Below are positions 17,393 to 23,764 of a stretch of DNA of 24,060 nucleotides, in pieces; positions within the stretch are counted from its first letter, which is position 1; each line of letters opens with the position of its first letter. Position numbers and translations under genes: made by a program. Origin of the DNA: a virus (lineage: Duplodnaviria; Caudoviricetes); the IMG/VR virus record IMGVR_UViG_3300035181_001174, positions 1-24,060 of that record; one strand, written 5' to 3'. A model generated the notes under the pieces. That model was not told where the DNA came from. It made no database searches and worked only from the letters and a program-made list of their open reading frames with translations.

Positions 17393-17996
17393 CGTCCTCT
17401 CCTCCGTTCTCCGCGGCATCGCAGTTCTCCTCGCCCAGGAACGAGATGAACCCGCCGCCGTCCATTCTCACCGTCGCTTCAAACCAGCCGTCTCGAATGG
17501 GATCGAAGCGCATCATGGTGATTCTGGTATCGCCTCCTGCATCGTTGTGTTGCCGCCATATTGGGTAGAAATACCACGCGCCGGGCGCATAGGTGAGGGC
17601 CACGAGGGACCATGCCGAAGCGTCATCGCCCGCACCCTCATATGCATCGTTTTCCTCTTTCAGCAGGTAGTCCCACACTGGGCCACGCAGACGTCGCACG
17701 CCGTCCTGCCCGGCGCGTTCCTGTCCCCTCATAACGAGGGTTATGCGTATCTCACAGGAGATCAGGGCCCTCAATATTCGCGCGGCCTCCTGCAGACTGC
17801 TACGCCCGAAGGCGCCATTGTCAGCCCGCGGATACCCCATTGCCGAGCAGAATCGATCGACGTCAAGAGCAATGGACGCATATGACTCTCCTCGGTTTTC
17901 GTACCACTGGTCCAGCAATGCATTATGGGCCCTCGCCATTTGCGCGTCCTCCCGTGAACGCGCTATTGAGAGATCATCCAACTCAGACGCCATCAT
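17385..17996 (-). CDS. Hypothetical protein
   Basis: Start MMASEL after GGAGG; shares C-terminal GGFISFLGEENCDA with upstream gene. Confidence 0.65.
   Translation of the reverse strand: MMASELDDLSIARSREDAQMARAHNALLDQWYENRGESYASIALDVDRFCSAMGYPRADNGAFGRSSLQEAARILRALISCEIRITLVMRGQERAGQDGVRRLRGPVWDYLLKEENDAYEGAGDDASAWSLVALTYAPGAWYFYPIWRQHNDAGGDTRITMMRFDPIRDGWFEATVRMDGGGFISFLGEENCDAAENGGEDDV
17419..17453. repeat. 35-bp direct repeat, copy 1
   Basis: TCGCAGTTCTCCTCGCCCAGGAACGAGATGAACCC identical to 18020-18054. Confidence 0.95.
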
Positions 17997-18165
17997 TGCC
18001 TCCGTCCTCCTCCTCGGCGTCGCAGTTCTCCTCGCCCAGGAACGAGATGAACCCACCTCTGTCTAGCCTCGCTACCGCCACGGTGTAATCCTCCGCCTCG
18101 ACGATGCAGACTATCGTGCCCGTCGCTCCATCTGCTCGCCGCCGAATCCTGTCACCGACCCGCAT
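17983..18165 (-). CDS. Small SH3/KOW-like protein
   Basis: MRVGDRIRRRADGATGTIVCI pattern. Confidence 0.6.
   Translation of the reverse strand: MRVGDRIRRRADGATGTIVCIVEAEDYTVAVARLDRGGFISFLGEENCDAEEEDGGNDGV
18020..18054. repeat. 35-bp direct repeat, copy 2
   Basis: Identical to 17419-17453. Confidence 0.95.
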
Positions 18166-18370
18166 CGTCGTCTATCTCCCGTCCAATGCGGTCGATCTCG
18201 TTGTAGTGCCAGTGCATCCATTGATCCGGTTCGAGACAGACATAGACGACTACGCACGGTTCGACGCCATTAGACGTATCCCGCTCAGTCTGAACGACCT
18301 GCTTTACGCGGCCCCGTAGCCACGTGCCGCGATGTCGCACGACGTCACCGATCCGTATGTCCGGTTTCAT
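18152..18370 (-). CDS. Small SH3/KOW-like protein
   Basis: IRIGDVVRHRGTWLRGRVKQV; ATGA coupling. Confidence 0.65.
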   Translation of the reverse strand: MKPDIRIGDVVRHRGTWLRGRVKQVVQTERDTSNGVEPCVVVYVCLEPDQWMHWHYNEIDRIGREIDDDAGR

Positions 18371-18786
18371 AAGGCGCCTCCCGGTTTGTCCTGCACCTCA
18401 ACCTCGTCCGTCCACCAGAGCGTCGTCTGGTTTGGCAGGGGTTGCACCGCGAGCACCTCGAACGGCAGGTCCTTCTCGCCGATCCTGCGCGTCTTCCGCA
18501 TCGCACCGGTAACGCGCCCCAGCAGGCCTGTCGCGACATGTTTCACGGTGCTCCCAATGCGCGCCGTCGTCGGCGTGTTCTCGACGTTCCACGTCGCAGG
18601 ATCGGCAGGCTCCAGATCATCGGCCCAGACGTCCCATTCACCGCGCCAGGGCATCCCAACGGTCACCATCGTCGCGTCCTCGGCCTGCATTGTGATCGTG
18701 TTCGTGACGCGCGGCTCCGTGCGGACTGCCACGACCCTGCCGCGCAGGCCGAGGCGCGTGTGGACCACCAGATCGCCGGGTTTCAT
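18367..18786 (-). CDS. Tandem SH3/KOW-like domain protein
   Basis: MKPGDLVVHTRLGLRGRVVAV and RIGSTVKHVATGLLGRVTG; start at 18786 with GAGGAG SD. Confidence 0.65.
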   Translation of the reverse strand: MKPGDLVVHTRLGLRGRVVAVRTEPRVTNTITMQAEDATMVTVGMPWRGEWDVWADDLEPADPATWNVENTPTTARIGSTVKHVATGLLGRVTGAMRKTRRIGEKDLPFEVLAVQPLPNQTTLWWTDEVEVQDKPGGAL

Positions 18787-19010
18787 GATCGCGCTCCTCG
18801 CCTCGCGCCGGTCCACGGCGTCGGTTGGTCGGCCCATGCCGCTACCTGCGCACCTACGCGGCGCCCAGCGTCTAGATACCACTCGCCATCCAGGAGAAAC
18901 GCGACGACGTTGCAACGCAGTCCGTCCGCATCCTCTGCCGTTGCCAGGACGCGTCTGCCCTCTGGCGGTAGCATGTCCGCCGTCTCCCTCCATTCGACCA
19001 TGTTCGCCAT
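18783..19010 (-). CDS. DUF551-like small protein (paralog 3)
   Basis: WRETADMLPPEGRRVLA...WYLD...VAAWADQP; strong GGAGGAGG SD. Confidence 0.75.
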   Translation of the reverse strand: MANMVEWRETADMLPPEGRRVLATAEDADGLRCNVVAFLLDGEWYLDAGRRVGAQVAAWADQPTPWTGARRGARS

Positions 19011-19202
19011 CGTCTCCTCCTCCTACTCGCGCCTCACAGTGCCCCGTCGAGGTCGGTTGGTACGTCGACACATGGGCGGTTTGTCCTCGTCACCAGCGCG
19101 GGTTTTGCCGCTTCCCCCCGGAACGACGCCGCGCTGGCTGCCTACTGCTCTAGGATGGTCGGTCTTTGTCCCTCCTCTCCCCGCGACTCCATTCGCGGCG
19201 CG

Positions 19203-19406
19203 TCATCTCGCCACTTCCAGCGGCGGCAAAAGCTGTTTCAGCGTCGGGGCAATGTCCTGTGGGCGCGTCACGGTCACTGTCACGACCTGCGGGCCGGGAT
19301 CTGGCTTGCGCGCGAACGCAGTGAGCACCCAGGCGAGGCAGATCATCCCGACGCAGGCGCACAACGCCTTCATGTAAAGACCCGCGACTCGGTACCGGTC
19401 AGTCAT
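19203..19406 (-). CDS. Small membrane protein
   Basis: Hydrophobic ALCACVGMICLAWVLTAFA; ATGA coupling to recT. Confidence 0.6.
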   Translation of the reverse strand: MTDRYRVAGLYMKALCACVGMICLAWVLTAFARKPDPGPQVVTVTVTRPQDIAPTLKQLLPPLEVAR

Positions 19407-20212
19407 CGCCCGCCCTCCTTGCCGTTAGCCTCCGGCGCGGCCTCGATCACCTCGCCCGTCGCGGGATCGACGTCACCCTCCAGCACCGCCGGCGTGTAGG
19501 TCTCGCCCTCCCCGGCGTCGAGCGAGACGGCCTTGGCCATCTCGACGCTCATCGGCAGGTATTTAGCCAGGCGGCGGACGACCGTCTTGCGCGCCATCTC
19601 GGCCCAGTCCGTCTCCCAAGGCCCCGCCGCGCCCGACTTGCTCCGCTTGCGGATTGCCTCGATCTCCGACCGGGTCATCACGTCAAACATCGGCGTGTCC
19701 GTCCCGCGCAATTTGGCCACGGCATAGACGTACCTGACCTTCGATGGGTCGCGGTCACCGTCGTAACGCGGGTTATGGACGATCTCCGGATGCGTCCCAA
19801 GGCGCACATCGAATTCGTCCCCCTCGTATACCACGAATGCCTGCACGGTCTCGACCTCGCCACTCCGGCGGGCGAGAGTGATCAGCCCCCGGTAGCCCAC
19901 GATCAACTGGCACTGATCCTTGTAGGGGAGCAGGTAGCATTCGCCCAGCGCGCTCCCGGGGTCCAGCCCCAGCTCGGCGGCCATCATCGCCGAGCGATAG
20001 ATGCTTACCATCGTGCAGTTGCGCAGGGCCGGCGTCCGCGCGACGCAGTTGAGCACTACCCGCGCGAGACGGTCAGCAGAGACGTGCCGGGCCGCCGCCT
20101 GCGCGATGTCGGCCTTGCGCGCCTCCAGATACTGTGCGAGGGTCCGCAGGTCGTTTCCGACCGGCTTGTTGACATTCACCGTCGCCACCGCCGTGTTCGT
20201 CACTGTCATCAT
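19403..20212 (-). CDS. recT: RecT single-strand annealing recombinase
   Basis: AAELGLDPGSALGECYLLPY, QLIVGYRGLITLARRSG, VYEGDEF, PWETDWAEMARKTVVRRLAKYLP. Confidence 0.95.
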   Translation of the reverse strand: MMTVTNTAVATVNVNKPVGNDLRTLAQYLEARKADIAQAAARHVSADRLARVVLNCVARTPALRNCTMVSIYRSAMMAAELGLDPGSALGECYLLPYKDQCQLIVGYRGLITLARRSGEVETVQAFVVYEGDEFDVRLGTHPEIVHNPRYDGDRDPSKVRYVYAVAKLRGTDTPMFDVMTRSEIEAIRKRSKSGAAGPWETDWAEMARKTVVRRLAKYLPMSVEMAKAVSLDAGEGETYTPAVLEGDVDPATGEVIEAAPEANGKEGGR

Positions 20213-21150
20213 CCTCTCCTCTCCGTTTTGAATGGCATCAGAAACACTCTCGGGCCATGCTCCGGCGTATGCCTGCGGATGAGCTCCTCGCTTGGGTTCA
20301 ACTCCATGGCAATCGCCTTCCAGTCCGGCGCGCCCTTGCGATTCCTCCAGGTGAACACCCCGCGAGACGTGCGCAGCGCCTTAGCGAATCCCATCGCCGC
20401 CTTGAGACGGGCGGTACACTGCTCCTCGGCCTGCTCCGCGCCTTCGCACGCCGCCCGCGCAGCCTCTAGCCGGGCGACGACCTCCTCCAGCTCGTCATCG
20501 GCGTCGATCGCCGGCCCCACGCTCCACGGGTAGAATCTATCCAGCAATCGCCCATCGTTCTCCGTCGGATCGGGCGGCACCCCGCGCCGAACGTTGTAGT
20601 CCCAGAACTCGATGGCAGCCGCTTCCATCTGCCGGGCAACGGGAATGTCGTACTCGATCTCGTAGATGCGAACATCGTCGACCCCAAAGAGGGCGATCAA
20701 GTACGCCAGGGGCCCCCGCCCGGTGACGTGCATCTGCCAAACGATTTGCAGCCGCTCATGGAGCGGGATAACGTCACTACCGGACGGACCGTACTCGTTC
20801 GCGATGTGCGGCGAGTGCGTCTTGATCTCCACCAGACGCTTGTCCCTGACGCGCTCGTAGTCGGGCGACGCGGCAATGAACCGGGCCGGCTCCGGCCAGC
20901 GGCAGAACGCGGCATTGCGCAGGACCTCGCCGGTCTCGTCCGTGTAGATGCGGGCCACGTATGGCTCCATCCGCAGACCGCGCAGCATTTGCGCGTTTGG
21001 CGGTTCAGACTCGATCTCGCCCGTCTTTTCGAGATAAACCGCTAACGGTGTCTTCCACGGGCTTGCGCCCATAATCGCCACGACGTCCGTCGCGCCCAAG
21101 TACGTGCGGCGCTCGCGCAGCCATTCGGCGTGCTGTTCGTCGGTCATCAT
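20209..21150 (-). CDS. YqaJ-like (lambda-exonuclease family) recombination nuclease
   Basis: EWLRERRTYLGATDVVAIMGASPWKTPLAVYLEKTG, ASPD, VEIKT, Q..WQMHVTG; adjacent to recT. Confidence 0.92.
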   Translation of the reverse strand: MMTDEQHAEWLRERRTYLGATDVVAIMGASPWKTPLAVYLEKTGEIESEPPNAQMLRGLRMEPYVARIYTDETGEVLRNAAFCRWPEPARFIAASPDYERVRDKRLVEIKTHSPHIANEYGPSGSDVIPLHERLQIVWQMHVTGRGPLAYLIALFGVDDVRIYEIEYDIPVARQMEAAAIEFWDYNVRRGVPPDPTENDGRLLDRFYPWSVGPAIDADDELEEVVARLEAARAACEGAEQAEEQCTARLKAAMGFAKALRTSRGVFTWRNRKGAPDWKAIAMELNPSEELIRRHTPEHGPRVFLMPFKTERRG

Positions 21151-21656
21151 AGTTCCACCATCGAGATGAGTCTGAGCGCCTCTTCGATATGCAGAACGGC
21201 GTCCGACAGGAACGTGCACCGTTCGATGCGTTTCGCCTCAATGTCACCGGCGAGCGTTTGAGCGGTCCTAATCTCGTCGATGTATGCCTGCAGGTCGCGC
21301 TCGAACCGTTTCAATCTGAGTATGAGCCGAGCAACGATCTCCAGATCATCGATGCACGCCCATGGATACTGACCGTTATACCGTTCATCGTCTGTCATGT
21401 TGTGTGCCAAAGGATTCCCTCCTTGAGCTACGTCAGCAATGCTCGACACCGCCCCCACCATGCGCCTGAGAGCACCGTTCAGATAGGCATCATCGCGTTG
21501 GGCAATCGCGGTTTCGCTTGCGCTATAGTTAGCTCGCGTGGACGCCGCGTAGCCTGCGATGAACGCCTTGTGCGCCAATGGCTTCAGCTCGTTAGCGAGA
21601 CGAGACAGTTCGTCTCTGATTTTCCCGAGTTCGGCGCGATGTTCGTTGGTCATCAT
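21147..21656 (-). CDS. Hypothetical helical protein
   Basis: 169 aa; ATGA coupled on both sides. Confidence 0.7.
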   Translation of the reverse strand: MMTNEHRAELGKIRDELSRLANELKPLAHKAFIAGYAASTRANYSASETAIAQRDDAYLNGALRRMVGAVSSIADVAQGGNPLAHNMTDDERYNGQYPWACIDDLEIVARLILRLKRFERDLQAYIDEIRTAQTLAGDIEAKRIERCTFLSDAVLHIEEALRLISMVEL

Positions 21657-21886
21657 TTGATCAGCACCCCCAGCTCCAGGATTGCGTCCTGAATGGAGTC
21701 CATCGCCTCCTGAAGGCCCCAGAAATGCCGATGCAGCTCATCGCTCATCTGGCCGGGATGTTCCGAGGAGAGCGTCTGGCTGAAGGCATCGTTCACCTCG
21801 TCGACGTACGGCCTCAGCTCCACCGCGATCTCGTGGAGTCTGACCATGAGCAGGGCGATTGCATGGCGCGTCCTCTCGTCGGTCAT
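21653..21886 (-). CDS. Hypothetical helical-hairpin protein
   Basis: Start MTDERT at 21886 (ATGA overlap). Confidence 0.65.
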   Translation of the reverse strand: MTDERTRHAIALLMVRLHEIAVELRPYVDEVNDAFSQTLSSEHPGQMSDELHRHFWGLQEAMDSIQDAILELGVLIK

Positions 21887-22116
21887 AGCTCGCCTCGCTT
21901 TCGCGCGTGCATCTCGGCGATCATGTGCAGCCGCATGGCCTCTGCCGGGGTGAGAACGTGCACGCCGCGATTGCAGTGCGCGCAGCGATACTCGTAGAGG
22001 CCAATGCGAGGGAAGGCCTCGACGTGGCGGCACAGTTTGCCCGGCGTGTCGGCCCAAAGCGGGCACTGCACCTCGCGCGGCGGCTCGGGCAGCCATGCGT
22101 TGTCTGGAGCGCTCAT
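21883..22116 (-). CDS. Small Cys/His-containing hypothetical protein
   Basis: CPL...C...CAHC; GGAGG SD; ATGA coupling. Confidence 0.6.
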   Translation of the reverse strand: MSAPDNAWLPEPPREVQCPLWADTPGKLCRHVEAFPRIGLYEYRCAHCNRGVHVLTPAEAMRLHMIAEMHARKRGEL

Positions 22117-22547
22117 ACCAGTCCCTCCCGCTCAGCGGCCTCGCGCAGGGCCAGACGCACGGCATCTGCGACGCTCACGCCGCGCCGCTCGGCCTGCTCC
22201 CGCGCCAGCCTGCGCGCCTCGGGGTCGAGTAAGTCGAGCAGAGGATCGGCCTTCTTGCGCAGGTGCCGTGTGGTCAGTGCGTTGAACGTCCGCCACTCCT
22301 CCGGCCTGCAGTTGGGGCAAGGAACCGGATCACCCCACGCGCCATCGACGCCCTTGCCATTGCAGATGGCGCAGGTCGGGGCCCCTCCCAGCAGCCGCGA
22401 GTTCTTCGCGATCTGCTCCGGCGTCGCCCCCGCTGCATCCGCCTCGGCGATTAGGATGCAGGTATAGCAGATGCCGTTCGGCTCCAACGCCGTTTCGAAC
22501 CCGCAGCTGACACACCGGTAGAGTTGTGGTACACTGTGTTTGTCCAT
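22113..22547 (-). CDS. Double Zn-finger protein with C-terminal ribbon-helix-helix-like segment
   Basis: CVSC/CYTC, CAIC/CPNC; EQAERRGVSVADAVRLALRE; GGAGGAG SD. Confidence 0.65.
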   Translation of the reverse strand: MDKHSVPQLYRCVSCGFETALEPNGICYTCILIAEADAAGATPEQIAKNSRLLGGAPTCAICNGKGVDGAWGDPVPCPNCRPEEWRTFNALTTRHLRKKADPLLDLLDPEARRLAREQAERRGVSVADAVRLALREAAEREGLV

Positions 22548-22596
22548 CCTCATCTCCTCCAGGGCTCGCTCGGCTCGATCCGGGCGGGCCCTCCTC

Positions 22597-22839
22597 TCAT
22601 CGAGCAGCAGCGGCAGCAGTTTGCTCCTGCTCGTCGATCTCTGCAAGCGTCCTGCCCAGTTTGTCCAGCGCGATCTCCTTGCATATCCGCGCGAGTTCGT
22701 CGCAGCACGGCTTTTCTGGTACGACCGCCTCCCTCTCAATCGCCGACAGGAGCGACCATCGAACGCCTGCGCGTCGGCAGAGCTCGGCCTGTGTCACCTC
22801 CAGGGCCCTCCGCCTCGCTCTCAGCTCCCGTCCCGTCAT
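22597..22839 (-). CDS. XRE-family HTH regulator (Cro-like position)
   Basis: ELRARRRALEVTQAELCRRAGVRWSLLSAIER; GGAGGTGA SD; first gene after promoter. Confidence 0.85.
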   Translation of the reverse strand: MTGRELRARRRALEVTQAELCRRAGVRWSLLSAIEREAVVPEKPCCDELARICKEIALDKLGRTLAEIDEQEQTAAAAAR

Positions 22840-22859
22840 GGTTCATCACCTCCACGACT

Positions 22860-22888
22860 ATGATACTGTGGCGACGCGTAGTTGTCAA
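22860..22888 (-). promoter_or_regulatory. Sigma70 promoter (leftward early operon)
   Basis: TTGACA (22888-22883), 17 nt, TATCAT (22865-22860); A-tract upstream. Confidence 0.85.
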
Positions 22889-22941
22889 TAGGTTCCGACA
22901 GTTTTTTTCTGGACGTGGCCAACGCCTGCCCGGTTTCCTGA

Positions 22942-22954
22942 GCGTAAACTACGC
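22942..22954. promoter_or_regulatory. Putative operator palindrome
   Basis: GCGTA-AAC-TACGC midway between promoters; GCGTAG half-sites also at 22876 and 23013 within both promoter spacers. Confidence 0.5.
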
Positions 22955-23006
22955 ACGAGCGCGCTCGCCGAGGCCGAAAAAAACTTGAGATTTTTGCCGC
23001 TCCCTA

Positions 23007-23035
23007 TTGACAGCGTAGATACAACGTGGTATAGT
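23007..23035 (+). promoter_or_regulatory. Sigma70 promoter with extended -10 (rightward operon)
   Basis: TTGACA (23007-23012), 17 nt, TATAGT (23030-23035) preceded by TGG. Confidence 0.88.
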
Positions 23036-23056
23036 ATGGTCGTAGTGAGGAACCGA

Positions 23057-23086
23057 TAAGCCGCCACCCACCAAGGGGCGCACGGA
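23057..23086 (+). repeat. Start-associated bulged hairpin motif, copy A
   Basis: TAAGC CGCC A CC caccaa GG GGCG CACGGA. Confidence 0.65.
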
Positions 23087-23099
23087 ACCGGAGAGAACA

Positions 23100-23309
23100 A
23101 TGATCACCATCACCCAGACCAACGGAAACGGCCGGAACATGATCCGCGGGTGTCGCGTCACCATCCGCCGAGATGGCGAGCTCATCGACCAATTCGTGGT
23201 GCCCGTCATGTGGCACGGTGTCGACTACTGCAAGGCGCATCCGACCGGTCGGTATGGCCAGCGGTTCTATGACGCTCTGGAGGCCGCGGTCCAGGAGTTC
23301 AACGTCTAA
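23100..23309 (+). CDS. Hypothetical early protein
   Basis: 69 aa, GGAGAG SD, first gene after promoter. Confidence 0.75.
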   Translation: MITITQTNGNGRNMIRGCRVTIRRDGELIDQFVVPVMWHGVDYCKAHPTGRYGQRFYDALEAAVQEFNV

Positions 23310-23311
23310 TC

Positions 23312-23380
23312 TGCCGAAACCGGCCTCCAGGCCGGTCCACGGGGAGGCGGTTCCCCCCATGCTGATGAGGCAAACCCCGC
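23312..23380 (+). ncRNA. Hammerhead ribozyme, type II
   Basis: TGCC-GAAA-CCGGCC(tcca)GGCCGG-TC-stem I-CTGATGA-GGCA; complete core, GUC cleavage triplet 23335-23337. Confidence 0.88.
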
Positions 23381-23381
23381 A

Positions 23382-23412
23382 CAAGACGCTACCGTGACCG
23401 GAGCGCAGCGGA
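23382..23412 (+). repeat. Start-associated bulged hairpin motif, copy B
   Basis: CAAGA CGCT A CC gtgacc GG AGCG CAGCGGA. Confidence 0.7.
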
Positions 23413-23423
23413 GGAGAAGGACG

Positions 23424-23675
23424 ATGCGATACACAGTTGAGAACACGTTCCACCACACGCAGGCGACGTTTGTGGAGCGCCCAGACGGTACGATCAGCGC
23501 GCGCACCATGCGCCGGGTCCAGCGCGCTCTCTGCCCTAGCCCGACCTGCCTCTGCGACACTTCCCCGGCGAGCGGATATGACGTGGAGTGGTTGAGCGGC
23601 TTCGAGCCAGTGTACGACGGGCCGCGGATCGTGGCATACAAGGTCTGGCATGGCGACCCCAACTATATCGACTGA
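23424..23675 (+). CDS. Hypothetical early protein
   Basis: MRYTVENTFHHTQ...LCPSPTCLC; GGAGGAG SD; start at ATG 23424. Confidence 0.75.
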   Translation: MRYTVENTFHHTQATFVERPDGTISARTMRRVQRALCPSPTCLCDTSPASGYDVEWLSGFEPVYDGPRIVAYKVWHGDPNYID

Positions 23676-23721
23676 CGTACAAGCCGCGCCCGCCCGGCAA
23701 TAGGCGGGCCCCTACATCGCG

Positions 23722-23751
23722 TAAGCCGTCACCGACCCGGGACGCAGCGGA
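23722..23751 (+). repeat. Start-associated bulged hairpin motif, copy C
   Basis: TAAGC CGTC A CC gaccc GG GACG CAGCGGA. Confidence 0.7.
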
Positions 23752-23764
23752 GGAGCAGGACGAA

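Noticed and set aside
17419-18054. Diversity-generating retroelement TR/VR pair
   Set aside because: Repeat is only 35 bp and identical, flanking differences are not adenine-specific, and no reverse transcriptase is present
19047-19057. 11-mer CCGACCTCGAC shared with the primase leader loop
   Set aside because: An 11-nt match is expected by chance in 24 kb of GC-rich sequence
23004-23651. 215-aa minus-strand ORF as a divergent repressor
   Set aside because: Overlaps the promoter, ribozyme and better-supported plus-strand genes; no HTH or S24 peptidase motif
23676-23731. Pistol, twister or twister-sister ribozyme call
   Set aside because: Short motifs such as AATA, TAAGC and ACAAGC are present, but I could not build the required stems and pseudoknots; kept only as an unclassified structure
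23057-23751. CRISPR array or integron attC array
   Set aside because: Repeats are degenerate, hundreds of bases apart and separated by ORFs; no attC RYYYAAC/GTTRRRY ends, cas genes or integrase seen
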